NCBI GenBank assembly: GCA_049614265.1
Contig: JBMZDK010000001.1
Span: 1,400 to 65,399 of the forward strand
Direction of reading: 5' to 3'
DNA: 64,000 nt
Source of the DNA: Thiolinea sp.
GTDB lineage: Bacteria > Pseudomonadota > Gammaproteobacteria > Thiotrichales > Thiotrichaceae
The position numbers and the translations under genes are program-made. The notes under the pieces are model-generated. The model did no database searches and was not told where the DNA came from. It saw only the letters and a program-made list of their open reading frames with translations. Numbering within the stretch: the first letter of the stretch is position 1; every line of letters starts with the position of its first letter. Shown one piece after another: positions 51,386-61,592 of this stretch.

Positions 51386-53341
51386 ATGACAAATCAACCA
51401 TTCCCCAACCTGCTGTCTCCGTTGACTATTGGTAATCTCACAGTCCGGAATCGCATCCTGGTTTCGGCGCATGTTCCGGGCTTTGCTGAAAACAATAAAC
51501 CCGGTAAAAAATACATAGCCTATCATCGCCAATACGCTAAAAACGGAGTCGGTCTGCAAATTACCGGTGGCACACCGGTGCATGAATCCGGATTACTCGG
51601 GGTTACCAGTGATGCTTTATGGAATCTGGATGACGGCATTATCCCGGGATATCAACATCTGAGTCAGGCTGTGCATGAAGAAGGTGGCCGGATACTGGCT
51701 CAACTCGCTCACAGTGCAGGCACAGTACTAATCAACCAACCCGGTCGTGCCAGCTGGTCGGCGTCAGCCATCCGATCTGAAACCACCGGCAACATCTCTC
51801 ATGCCATGACACATCATGAAATCCGGGAGGTGGTTAATGCTTTTGCAGCAGGAGCAGAACGGGCCGCCGCAGGTAATATGGATGGCGTTGAAATTCTCGG
51901 TGCATTTGGTTTTCTACCACAGGCGTTTCTGTCTCCGCTGACAAACAAGCGTGATGATGAATACGGTGGCTCACTGGATAATCGCCTGCGTTTTGTAATT
52001 GAACTATTAACAGCGGTACGTGCAGCACTGGGCAATGACCGCATTCTCGGCTTACGTCTTCCGGGTGATGAATTTGAGCCAGGCGGCTTAACGGTGGAAG
52101 ACATAGTCGTCATTAGCAAACGCCTCGCTGATACCGGACTCATCGACTACCTCAATATTATTGCACATACCAATATCACTCACACCGGACGCGCTAAACA
52201 CTGGCCGCCAACACCTGCTCAACATGGACTCTTTGTTCCTCTGGCAACAGCCATTCGCCATGAAGTTTCGATTCCGGTATTCACCGCAGGACGCATTACC
52301 AACCCACAGCATGCCGAGCAAATTATAGCTAATGAACAGGCGGATATGGTTGCCATGACGCGTGCGCATATCTGTGACCCTGAATTGGTAGCAAAAATTC
52401 ATCGTAACGAACTCCGTCACATCCGCCCGTGCGTAGGTGCAAATACCTGCATTGCTAACCGCTATGTCGGGAAACCAATCAACTGTATGCATAACGCCAC
52501 GGTCGCCAAACCAGGCTTTCTGCCCGAACCAGTGGTGCTATCAAAATCAATTGCTATCATTGGCGGCGGACCGGCAGGCCTGGAAGCGGCCCGTGTCGCA
52601 GCAGAGCGCGGACACAGGGTAGAGTTATTTGAAGCCAGCAAGCGTTTAGGTGGCCAGCTGGGACTCTGGGCTGCAGCCCCTTCAATGGGCGAACTGGGCA
52701 ATATTATCCGTTGGAGGCTGAGTGAACTACAACGCCTTGGAGTAACTGTCCATCTTAACCACTCGATTAAACCCGAAGGTCTCGCAACGCTAAACTACGA
52801 TGAATTAGTCATCGCTACCGGATCAACAGATTTTATTCAACCCATAGCCGGTGAACACCCGATTCGCACCATAACACCACATACCCTATTGCGTGGCGAA
52901 CAAATCCAGGCAAGCAACGCACTGGTCATCAATGAAGGTCGTGGCCAGGCAGGACTGGCGGCGGCTGAAGTATTGCTGCGTAATGGCTCGCGGGTGGAAA
53001 TTATCACCAGCGACGTTGCTGTTGCTAATGACATTGACCCAACCAATCGCTCCTCCTGGTATGCACGGCTGGGTGAACAGGGATGTGATTTCACCGCCAT
53101 GCACATCGTCGACCGTGTTACGGCAGGCAGGGTACAGTGCCGCAATGTGTATGACCAACGTATACGTTACCGGGATAATATTGATTTAATTGTCAACTGG
53201 CAGGGTTGCAGGGCAGTCAATCTTTTTAGCCACCAGCCTGCAACAAACAGTAAGCCAATCCACTTTGTCGGTGATTGTATTACTCCGCGTACCGTTGAAG
53301 TTGCCATAGCCGAAGCCGAAACATTAGCGAACCGGCTATAG
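51386..53341 (+). CDS. Old-yellow-enzyme-family FMN/Fe-S/FAD oxidoreductase (DgcA/StcD/FadH-like)
   Basis: NRILVSAH, KRDDEYGGSLDNRLRF, Cys cluster CVGANTC...CMHN, IIGGGPAGLEAA, IATGS. Confidence 0.88.
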   Translation: MTNQPFPNLLSPLTIGNLTVRNRILVSAHVPGFAENNKPGKKYIAYHRQYAKNGVGLQITGGTPVHESGLLGVTSDALWNLDDGIIPGYQHLSQAVHEEGGRILAQLAHSAGTVLINQPGRASWSASAIRSETTGNISHAMTHHEIREVVNAFAAGAERAAAGNMDGVEILGAFGFLPQAFLSPLTNKRDDEYGGSLDNRLRFVIELLTAVRAALGNDRILGLRLPGDEFEPGGLTVEDIVVISKRLADTGLIDYLNIIAHTNITHTGRAKHWPPTPAQHGLFVPLATAIRHEVSIPVFTAGRITNPQHAEQIIANEQADMVAMTRAHICDPELVAKIHRNELRHIRPCVGANTCIANRYVGKPINCMHNATVAKPGFLPEPVVLSKSIAIIGGGPAGLEAARVAAERGHRVELFEASKRLGGQLGLWAAAPSMGELGNIIRWRLSELQRLGVTVHLNHSIKPEGLATLNYDELVIATGSTDFIQPIAGEHPIRTITPHTLLRGEQIQASNALVINEGRGQAGLAAAEVLLRNGSRVEIITSDVAVANDIDPTNRSSWYARLGEQGCDFTAMHIVDRVTAGRVQCRNVYDQRIRYRDNIDLIVNWQGCRAVNLFSHQPATNSKPIHFVGDCITPRTVEVAIAEAETLANRL

Positions 53342-53357
53342 ACTCAAAACCCGGGCC

Positions 53358-56123
53358 TCAGGGTAACCACGTCAGCCAGATTTTCTTTGCTTCAGCGCTA
53401 TTGAATACCCCAAGCGCATCAGCTAACCGTTTTGCCTCCGGTAACTGTGTCCGGTAAGCCACATCCTCCAGCTTATCTAACGGCAGGCCAATTTGTGGTG
53501 CGTACATAATAGCGGAAGCAAGTTTCACCGGCTTCTGCAATGAATCTGCCAGTGAAGCAGCACGTGTTTTCTGCCAGGCTGCTAAACGTTCCTGCTCCGG
53601 AGGTGTATCAGCCAACTGCTGTAAGATGGCTGTAATACGTTGTTTCACCATCGGGACTTTATCCGGATCACAACCCAGCTGAACGGTCAGGGTAAAATCC
53701 TCCAGCGCCTGTAAGCCACCTTCCAGCGTTGTATTGACTGAATATACCAGCCCGTCTTTTTCCCGCAGTTCTTCCAGCAATACGGCATCCAGCCAGAAAC
53801 GCAGATAGGATAACTGCGTAAAACGCAATCCACTGATTGCCGACTTTGGTAGCGATAATTTATGAATCAATATAGCAGCACGGTCACCACTACCTTTGAC
53901 TTCAATATCTTCCGATTGTGTGATGCCGGGGAAAGGACGTTGTGACTCAGAGCTCATTTCAACAGTTTTTGGCAAAGTCGCAATGCTCTCTTCAACGGCA
54001 GCTCTTGCTTCTTGTTCAGACAGATCACCAACAATCGCTAACTGGTAGTTCTGTGCACCGGCAAAGTCACGGTCATAAATTTCCTTTAACTGTTCAGGTT
54101 TTACTGCGTTCAACTCGTCCAGCGTCAACAGGCGAAATGCAGCATCATTTGCATACAAAATCCGGTCAGTCTGTTTACGCCAGGGATAAGTACGGCTTTT
54201 CGCTAACTGCCCGAGCTGCTGGCGATTATTTTCCAGATTATGCTGCCAGGCCTGATCAGCTACCTTCGCCTCCGTCAGCGAAATATGCAGCAAACGCATG
54301 AGCCGGGCAAAGTTCTGCTTATCGCTGTCACCATAAATACCACGATCAAAAAAACCAAAGTAAGGCTGTAGCGACATATTATTATTAGTCAGCCATTGAT
54401 CCAGCTGCGGCCCGTTCATGTCACGTAAGCCACTGCCACCAATTGTTTCCAGCGCCAGTCGTGCCTGTATGCTTTCTTCCTGATTCAGATTATTAGTACC
54501 ACCAATACCAGAGAGCTGATACCAAACTCTGCCCGGCTTATGGCCGCTATAGCGGTAATACACATCGATCCCATTGTTTAGTTTCCACTCCTGAAGGTGT
54601 TTTCCAATGGTACGCTCTGCAGTAATTTCACCTTTCTTCGCCGGTTGGATAGGCCAGTCACCAGCATCCTGGTCATCTGCCACAGATAACTCGCGCCCTG
54701 CTCCGCTTTCTGTGCTGCTGCTGATCCACGCCTGCATCTGTTTTGCAGTGGGAACTTCAATATCCGGATTATGTACGACCAAACTATGCACAGGCCCGCT
54801 TAACAACTGGTGTAAACGTTCATTAACCGTCTTGCGCTCCAGCTCAGGCAGACGCTGCTCCAGCATATTCAGCCATTCAGATTGTTCCTGTAAAGGATTG
54901 TCGTACATCACATGGCGCACAGCCTGATTGGCCAGACTCTTTGCGTTATCAGTGTAAGTGCGGTTACGGGCAAATGTTTTCGCTTTCCAGGCTTCTAACT
55001 CTGCTTCAGTCACCCCTTTTTCCAGCAGAAATGCGATTTCTTCTGCCAGCAGACGGGTAGCAACTTCCACACCATTCCCCGGAACAATGGCACCAACAGA
55101 AATCGCTAAGATATCCTGCGAAGGATAATTCCAGCCGACATGCACACTACTAACCTTGCCTGCCGTTTCCTGAACCTGTGCATCAAGACGCTGCTTCAGA
55201 ATATCCAGTGCAGCCACCCAAACCTGGCGCTCATAAACCTCCTCACGATCATCAGGGCGACTCAGTGGTATAAAATAGCTGAACTGCAATGAATTAGAAT
55301 CAACCTTTTTATCACTCAGTGTTAAATGGCGGCTAAATGATTCAGGGGAGATATTATAAACCTGCTGTGTAATCTCCCGGCTTTGCTGCCAGGGGGAAAA
55401 GTACTTATCAACCAGCTTGTTCACCACATCAGACTCGACATGACCAGTCACAATCAAGGCAGAATTCTCTGGTTGATACCAGCGCTGGTAAAAGGCTTCC
55501 AGACTTTCTGCGGTGGCAGATTCGATAACCTCCAGCTCACCTATAGGCAGCCGGTCAGCAAAACGGCTGTCCCGGTATAACTCTTTAATGTACCTGGCCT
55601 GCCAGCCTGTTTCCTGAGGCTTGCGCAAACGCCACTCTTCCCGAATGACTCCTTTCTCAGCATCCACAGTTTTCTGATCAAACTGAACATGCATTGCCCA
55701 TTGCGACAGAATTTCCATCGCCTTATCCAGTTTCCCGGCAGTGACATCTTTTATTGTCAGCTTATAAATCGTGCTATCAAACCCTGTTTGCGCGTTACTA
55801 TGCGCACCAAAGCTCAAACCAAAGGCTTCCAGCTCACGGAATAAACTCTCTTTAGGGTATTTGGCGGTATTATTAAATGCCAGGTGCTCAACAAAATGGG
55901 CATAACCACGTTCGTCATCCTCTTCCGCCAGGCTGCCGGTCTTAATGACTAATTTTAATTCTGCATTTTTAACCGCATCGTCGTTATCTGTAGCCCAGAT
56001 CACTGTTTTTAAACCGCCATCAGTCAGACCAGTCTGATAATTGATGTTTTCCTGAGCATTGCAGGTTGCTGATGCTAAAAACCAAACAGCAGCGACAGAT
56101 AAAAGACACAGGCGACTGAGCAT
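53358..56123 (-). CDS. Exported M16 (insulinase/PqqL-like) zinc protease
   Basis: Signal peptide, GSLAEEDDERGYAHFVEHLAF (HxxEH), EKGVIREEWR, FYQRWYQP, LREKDGLVYSV. Confidence 0.92.
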   Translation of the reverse strand: MLSRLCLLSVAAVWFLASATCNAQENINYQTGLTDGGLKTVIWATDNDDAVKNAELKLVIKTGSLAEEDDERGYAHFVEHLAFNNTAKYPKESLFRELEAFGLSFGAHSNAQTGFDSTIYKLTIKDVTAGKLDKAMEILSQWAMHVQFDQKTVDAEKGVIREEWRLRKPQETGWQARYIKELYRDSRFADRLPIGELEVIESATAESLEAFYQRWYQPENSALIVTGHVESDVVNKLVDKYFSPWQQSREITQQVYNISPESFSRHLTLSDKKVDSNSLQFSYFIPLSRPDDREEVYERQVWVAALDILKQRLDAQVQETAGKVSSVHVGWNYPSQDILAISVGAIVPGNGVEVATRLLAEEIAFLLEKGVTEAELEAWKAKTFARNRTYTDNAKSLANQAVRHVMYDNPLQEQSEWLNMLEQRLPELERKTVNERLHQLLSGPVHSLVVHNPDIEVPTAKQMQAWISSSTESGAGRELSVADDQDAGDWPIQPAKKGEITAERTIGKHLQEWKLNNGIDVYYRYSGHKPGRVWYQLSGIGGTNNLNQEESIQARLALETIGGSGLRDMNGPQLDQWLTNNNMSLQPYFGFFDRGIYGDSDKQNFARLMRLLHISLTEAKVADQAWQHNLENNRQQLGQLAKSRTYPWRKQTDRILYANDAAFRLLTLDELNAVKPEQLKEIYDRDFAGAQNYQLAIVGDLSEQEARAAVEESIATLPKTVEMSSESQRPFPGITQSEDIEVKGSGDRAAILIHKLSLPKSAISGLRFTQLSYLRFWLDAVLLEELREKDGLVYSVNTTLEGGLQALEDFTLTVQLGCDPDKVPMVKQRITAILQQLADTPPEQERLAAWQKTRAASLADSLQKPVKLASAIMYAPQIGLPLDKLEDVAYRTQLPEAKRLADALGVFNSAEAKKIWLTWLP

Positions 56124-56207
56124 AGTTATTATCCTGATTATTAAACGGTTACCTTACGGAGCACCTGCTTGAATTGCAAGATTGCACCCCACTGCCTGAA
56201 AACGAAC

Positions 56208-56555
56208 TCAACTCAATGTGTACATGGCTTTGCCGTCTGCTAACCGCAGCCAGCCTTTCGCAACCCGGTAAATCAACCAGATAAAATTCAGCCCTAAAAT
56301 GGCATACCCAATCACGAAGACGATGGTTAACACGCCAATGATTGTCCATAGCAGTGAATACCAGAACGTCCGGATCTGCCAGCGAAAATGTGACTCCAGC
56401 CAGGTACCGCGAGCTTCTCCGCGTTTTATATAATTGATAATGATTGCTATAAAAGCAGTAAAACCAAGCAGGAATGAAGCAGCATGCAAAGCATAAACGA
56501 TGGTAGCAACCGTTTCCGCTGAAGTAGTTCGTCTGGTAGCAGGTTCAGTATTCAT
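56208..56555 (-). CDS. DUF4870-like small membrane protein
   Basis: IVYALHA, IINYIKR, WLESHFRWQIRTFW, IYRVAKGW. Start refined to ATG 56555. Confidence 0.85.
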   Translation of the reverse strand: MNTEPATRRTTSAETVATIVYALHAASFLLGFTAFIAIIINYIKRGEARGTWLESHFRWQIRTFWYSLLWTIIGVLTIVFVIGYAILGLNFIWLIYRVAKGWLRLADGKAMYTLS

Positions 56556-56918
56556 GGGTGTCCTTAAACACATCTGTTAAACGTTAAACTATAACAACAT
56601 ATTTTAAAGTAAAACCCACTATTCCTGCACTACAGGCTGTGGATACAGCTCAGTACTGTCTATCGTATCAACCGGATACAGCACGACCTCACCACCCGGA
56701 ATAAACTGGTAAGAATAATGAACTTAACACCATACAATCTGAAAAAAACCAGATAGAATAGCAACCGCACGGACAAACTGCTGAGCAAACCTTTGTTGTA
56801 ATAGGTGTGAAAAATATTCACCCCACAAAACAGGAATCTTTGGTTTTCACAGGGCGCAGAGTCATTACAACATTGCAGTAAAACCCGTAAAACGATTAAT
56901 TATTCGGAGGAGAGAATA

Positions 56919-58106
56919 ATGTTAGCAAAAATTATCCGCACAGCTTTAGTTGCCGGGGCACTGGCTACAACTGGTCTGGCACAAGCTGACAGCGTCAAAA
57001 TTGGCTTCATCACCACATTAACCACCCCGGCGGCGGTGATTGGTGAAGATATGAAAAATTCAGTTGAGCTGGCGCTGGAACATATCGACAATAAAATGGG
57101 CGATCTGGATGTCGAGCTGATTATGGAAGACGATGGTTTCAAACCTGATGTCGGTAAACAAAAAGCTGACAAGCTGGTCAAACAGGATGATGTCGATTTT
57201 GTTGCCGGTTTTATCTGGTCACACGTCCTGCTGGCTTCAGCTAATTCAGTACTGAAAGCTGATAAGTTCCTGATTAGTGCTAATGCCGGGCCATCTAAAA
57301 TTGCCGGTAAACGCTGCCACAAGAACTTCTTCTCCACATCATGGCAAAATGACCAAACCCCAATGGCAATGGGTGAACACCTGAATAAAGAAGGTGTAAA
57401 ATCCATCTACATTATGGCTCCCAATTATGCAGCCGGTAAGGACATGGTGGCTGGCGTTGAAAAGACATTTAAAGGTGAGGTTAAAGGTAAAGACCTGACA
57501 AAATGGGGCGCAGATGCACAGCTGGATTTCTCAGCTGAACTGGCTAAAGCAAAATCATCCGGTGCAGACGCAATTTTTGTCTTCTATCCGGGTAAAGCGG
57601 GCGGTGCATTTATCAAGCAATATCAACAGGCTGGCCTGCGTGATGAACTTCCTCTGTACACCGTATTTACGGTTGATTCCATTGGTCTGCCGAAGTTTCA
57701 GCAAGGCAAGCTGGAAGGTGTTCTGGGTTCAAAAATGACTCAGCAATGGTCACCGGATATGGATAATGCAGCCAATCAGAAGTTTGTCGCTGATTACCTG
57801 AAGAAGCACGAGAAGTACCCTTCATTTTACGGTGCACAGGCTTACGATTCCATTATGCTGATTGCCAGCGCGGTCAAAGCAGTGGGCGGCAAACTGGACG
57901 ACAAGGATGCCGTACGGGCAGCGCTGAAAGCCGCTGATTTTGACTCAGTGCGTGGCAAGTATACCTATGGAAATAACCATATGCCGGTACAGAATTTCTA
58001 CCTGCGTGAAGTAGTTGAGGATGATGAGGGGCGCTGGACAACTAAAATTGTCGAAACCGTCTATGAGAATCATCAGGATCCTTATGCAGCTGACTGCAAG
58101 ATGTAG
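56919..58106 (+). CDS. HAAT (LivJ-like) ABC substrate-binding protein
   Basis: Signal peptide, VKIGFITTL, EDDGFKPDVG, PNYAAGKD, LDFSAELAK, YGAQAYD. RBS GGAGG. Confidence 0.92.
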   Translation: MLAKIIRTALVAGALATTGLAQADSVKIGFITTLTTPAAVIGEDMKNSVELALEHIDNKMGDLDVELIMEDDGFKPDVGKQKADKLVKQDDVDFVAGFIWSHVLLASANSVLKADKFLISANAGPSKIAGKRCHKNFFSTSWQNDQTPMAMGEHLNKEGVKSIYIMAPNYAAGKDMVAGVEKTFKGEVKGKDLTKWGADAQLDFSAELAKAKSSGADAIFVFYPGKAGGAFIKQYQQAGLRDELPLYTVFTVDSIGLPKFQQGKLEGVLGSKMTQQWSPDMDNAANQKFVADYLKKHEKYPSFYGAQAYDSIMLIASAVKAVGGKLDDKDAVRAALKAADFDSVRGKYTYGNNHMPVQNFYLREVVEDDEGRWTTKIVETVYENHQDPYAADCKM

Positions 58107-58129
58107 CAATCCACATCGTTAATCGTTCT

Positions 58130-58168
58130 GCAGGCTTCTGCTCAGCTCCCTAACGAGTGGAAGCCTGC
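58130..58168 (+). terminator. Hairpin GCAGGCTTC-N21-GAAGCCTGC after the binding-protein gene
   Basis: 9-bp perfect stem in the SBP-permease spacer. Confidence 0.5.
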
Positions 58169-58231
58169 TAATACTGCCACAACCAATACGAATAGCTTTC
58201 ACCTGACCACCTGTTTTCCGGCTTTTGACCT

Positions 58232-59155
58232 ATGGACTGGAATCTCCTCATTACTCAACTCCTGAACGGCATCCAGCTTGGCTTGTTGTTGTTCCTGCTC
58301 GCTGCCGGACTAACGCTGATCTTCGGCATTATGGATTTCATCAATCTTTCCCATGGCTCCTTTTACATGATTGGTGCTTATTTCTGCGGCAGCATCGTAG
58401 CCAAAAGCGGTTCATTCCTGGTCGGTATACTTGGAGGCATGGCCGGTGTATTTCTGATTGGGGCACTGGTTGAGTGGCTTATTGCGCGCAAACTTTATCG
58501 CTCAGACCACCTTGATCATGTGTTGGTGACATTTGGCCTGATTCTGATTTTTGATACCACAGTACATATGATCTGGGGTGCCTCAGGGATGGCAATTCCA
58601 CTACCAACGTTCCTGGATGGGCAGTTCTCAGTGGGAAGTCTCGAACTACCGATATATCGTCTGGTAATCATTGCGGCAGGTCTGCTGGTTGCAGCATTTT
58701 TGTATATTCTGGTCAGCAAAACCCGGCTGGGAATGCTGATTCGTGCCGGAGCATCAAACCGACTGATGGTAGAAGCATTAGGGGTGAATATAAACCGGCT
58801 GTTTCTGATTGTGTTTGCCCTGGGTGCAATGCTGGCGGGATTAGCCGGGATGTTGATCGCACCGATTACGGAAGCCAGTATTGGTATGGGTAATGACATT
58901 ATCATTATCGCTTTTGTAGTGGTCATCATTGGAGGTATCGGTTCGGTTAAGGGAGCCTTTTATGCCGCATTAATAATGGGCTTACTCGATACGCTGAGTC
59001 GTTCATATCTGGACGACCTGATGAAGCTGTTTATGAGTGCTGATTATGCTGAAACAGCTGCACCGGCACTGTCAGCCATGCTGGTATATATCTTAATGGC
59101 CGCAGTATTAGCATTCAGGCCACAGGGGCTATTCCCACCGGCAGGAGCAAAATAA
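58232..59155 (+). CDS. HAAT ABC permease (LivH-like)
   Basis: NGIQLG, GLTLIFGIMDFINLSHG, TRLGMLIRAG, GGIGSVKGA, RPQGLF. Confidence 0.93.
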   Translation: MDWNLLITQLLNGIQLGLLLFLLAAGLTLIFGIMDFINLSHGSFYMIGAYFCGSIVAKSGSFLVGILGGMAGVFLIGALVEWLIARKLYRSDHLDHVLVTFGLILIFDTTVHMIWGASGMAIPLPTFLDGQFSVGSLELPIYRLVIIAAGLLVAAFLYILVSKTRLGMLIRAGASNRLMVEALGVNINRLFLIVFALGAMLAGLAGMLIAPITEASIGMGNDIIIIAFVVVIIGGIGSVKGAFYAALIMGLLDTLSRSYLDDLMKLFMSADYAETAAPALSAMLVYILMAAVLAFRPQGLFPPAGAK

Positions 59156-60120
59156 TGGGGGCAGTCATCTCCAGATACCTGCCGACCATAGCCAGTAGAG
59201 TTTACGCTGTTACGCTGATACTTCTGGCATTGGCTCCGTTTATTTTTCAGTGGATCAGCCAGCCGTTTTATCTGGATTTATTAAGCCGGGCATTAATACT
59301 GGCCATTGCAGCACTGAGCCTGAATCTGATTCTGGGTTTTGGCGGCATGGTGAGCCTGGGTCATGCTGCCTATATTGGCATCGGTGCTTACAGCGTTGGC
59401 ATTGCCTCATACTATGATTATTACGATGGCTGGCTACATATCGGGCTGGCGTTGGGAGTCAGTGCATTATTTGCGTTCATCACCGGGGCAATTAGCCTGC
59501 GTACTAAGGGCGTATATTTCATCATGATCACCATGGCATTTAGCCAAATGGTGTATTTTCTTCTGCTTAGTCTGGAAGAATACGGTGCAGATGATGGCCT
59601 GGTAATTTATCAGCGCAGCGAGTTTCCGGAAATCATCAGCATGGAGAGCAGCACAGCGCTTTATTACTGGGTATTTGCTGTACTCATTTTCACACTTTTT
59701 TTGATTCAGCGACTGGTCTATTCGCGTTTTGGCCGGGTGATTGTCGGCGCCAAATTCAATGAAACCCGCATGCAAACCTTAGGCTTTAATACCTATCGAT
59801 ATCGCCTGTTTTGCTATGTGCTTTCCGCAATGATCTGCAGTATGGCTGGTGTCCTGCTCGGCAATTTTACCGAATTTATCAGCCCGGACATGATTGGCTG
59901 GGCACGTTCCGGCGAATTAATTTTCATGGTGATTATTGGCGGCGTCAGCACCTTCTTCGGCCCGTTACTGGGTACACTAGCCTTTGTCATTCTGGAAGAA
60001 ATGCTGTCTAAAATCACTGTTTACTGGCACCTGATTTTTGGGGTTATGCTGGTGTTACTGGTGCTGTTTGGTAAAGGCGGAATTGTGGGTTGGTTGCAAA
60101 GGTTTAATAAAGATGACTAA
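59155..60120 (+). CDS. HAAT ABC permease (LivM-like)
   Basis: GMVSLGHAAY, GVYFIMITMAF, SRFGRV, IGGVSTFFGP. Confidence 0.92.
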   Translation: MGAVISRYLPTIASRVYAVTLILLALAPFIFQWISQPFYLDLLSRALILAIAALSLNLILGFGGMVSLGHAAYIGIGAYSVGIASYYDYYDGWLHIGLALGVSALFAFITGAISLRTKGVYFIMITMAFSQMVYFLLLSLEEYGADDGLVIYQRSEFPEIISMESSTALYYWVFAVLIFTLFLIQRLVYSRFGRVIVGAKFNETRMQTLGFNTYRYRLFCYVLSAMICSMAGVLLGNFTEFISPDMIGWARSGELIFMVIIGGVSTFFGPLLGTLAFVILEEMLSKITVYWHLIFGVMLVLLVLFGKGGIVGWLQRFNKDD

Positions 60121-60865
60121 ACCTTTACTCGAAATTCGCAACCTCAATAAGAGTTTTGGGGGCATTGTCGCCACCGACGACGTCAGCTTATCCGTAGCAG
60201 AAGGCGGAATTCATGCCATTATTGGCCCGAACGGTGCAGGTAAAACCACACTCATCGCCCAACTATGCGGCGAGTTAACGCCAGACAGCGGCGACATCGT
60301 TTTTGCCGGAAAAAGCCTTCTGCCGCTGAATATGCCGCAGCGTGCACGCGCAGGTTTAGCACGCTCCTTTCAGGTCACCAGTGTCGTAATGCCAATGACA
60401 CTGCTGGAAAATGTCATGCTGGCTGTACAGGGATGTTCCGGTCATTCCTTTCGCTTCTGGTCACCCGTCAGGCATGATAAACAGATGACAGCAACAGCCA
60501 TGGCGATACTGGCCGAAATCGGTCTGGATGACCGGGCCGACAAAATAGCAGCTAATGTTTCACATGGCGAACAACGTCAGCTCGAAGTGGCAATGGCGCT
60601 GGCAATGAAGCCACGAATGCTGCTGCTGGATGAGCCGATGGCGGGCATGGGCAAGGAAGAAGGCATGCAGATGGTTGAGATACTAAAACGCCTGCAGGGC
60701 GATAAAACCATTTTGCTGGTAGAACACGATATGGATGCTGTTTTTAGCATGGCAGACACATTATCAGTGCTGGTGAACGGGCATATTATCGCCACTGATA
60801 CCGTGCAGAACATCCGGAATAACCCTGAAGTGCAGAAAGCGTATCTTGGAGACGGGCATGGCTGA
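60113..60865 (+). CDS. HAAT ABC ATPase (LivG-like)
   Basis: GPNGAGKTT, SHGEQRQLE, LLDEPMAG, VEHDM, VQKAYLG. Start refined to ATG 60113. Confidence 0.93.
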   Translation: MTKPLLEIRNLNKSFGGIVATDDVSLSVAEGGIHAIIGPNGAGKTTLIAQLCGELTPDSGDIVFAGKSLLPLNMPQRARAGLARSFQVTSVVMPMTLLENVMLAVQGCSGHSFRFWSPVRHDKQMTATAMAILAEIGLDDRADKIAANVSHGEQRQLEVAMALAMKPRMLLLDEPMAGMGKEEGMQMVEILKRLQGDKTILLVEHDMDAVFSMADTLSVLVNGHIIATDTVQNIRNNPEVQKAYLGDGHG

Positions 60866-61580
60866 TGCAGCGCATACATTGCTGGAACTGAAGGGCATCG
60901 AAACCTTTTACGGCAATATCCAGGCGTTGTTTGGCATGAGCCTCTATTGTCAGCAGGGACAGGTTACCACCCTCCTCGGGCGTAATGGCATGGGCAAAAC
61001 CACAACAGTTGGCTCAATCCTGGGCACAGTACCCGCCCGCAGCGGCGAAATTTATTTTCAGGGGCACAGAGTTGATGGCAAGCCTGCCTACTACGTTGCC
61101 AAACAAGGCATTGGCCTGGTGCCAGAGGGGCGACAGATTTTCCCTAACCTCAGCGTGCGTGAAAACCTGATTGCAACTGCTGCAAACTACAGCTCCAGTC
61201 AGGATCGCTGGACACTGGACAAAGTACTGGCGTTTTTCCCCCGCCTGGCCGAACGACTTAGCAATATGGGAAACCAGCTTTCCGGCGGCGAACAGCAAAT
61301 GCTGGCGATTGGACGTGCATTAATGCTGAATCCAAAGCTGCTGATTCTGGATGAGGCGACTGAAGGTTTGGCTCCGCTAATACGGCAGGAAATCTGGCAG
61401 CGCTTAGCAGAACTGAAACAAACCGGAATGAGCATTCTGTTGATCGATAAGAATATTGACGAACTAACCGCTATTGCAGACCGGCATTATATTATTGAAA
61501 AAGGCCAGGTGGTTTGGGAAGGAGCCTCGGCTGAGTTAAGTGGTGATACAGCGCTAAAGTCCCGATACCTCGGGATTTAG
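60858..61580 (+). CDS. HAAT ABC ATPase (LivF-like)
   Basis: GRNGMGKTT, VPEGRQIF, LSGGEQQML, LDEATEGL. Start refined to ATG 60858. Confidence 0.93.
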   Translation: MADAAHTLLELKGIETFYGNIQALFGMSLYCQQGQVTTLLGRNGMGKTTTVGSILGTVPARSGEIYFQGHRVDGKPAYYVAKQGIGLVPEGRQIFPNLSVRENLIATAANYSSSQDRWTLDKVLAFFPRLAERLSNMGNQLSGGEQQMLAIGRALMLNPKLLILDEATEGLAPLIRQEIWQRLAELKQTGMSILLIDKNIDELTAIADRHYIIEKGQVVWEGASAELSGDTALKSRYLGI

Positions 61581-61592
61581 CCCGGAAAGTAT

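Noticed and set aside
48866-56706. Shared 11-mer CCGGAATAAAC in two intergenic regions (48866 and 56696) and scattered CCGGATA words
   Set aside because: An 11-mer match is expected by chance across several kb of intergenic DNA, and there is no extended similarity.
56806-56822. CRP-like site TGTGA-N7-TCACC upstream of the HAAT operon
   Set aside because: The spacing is N7 rather than N6; at best it is a weak 5-5-5 palindrome.
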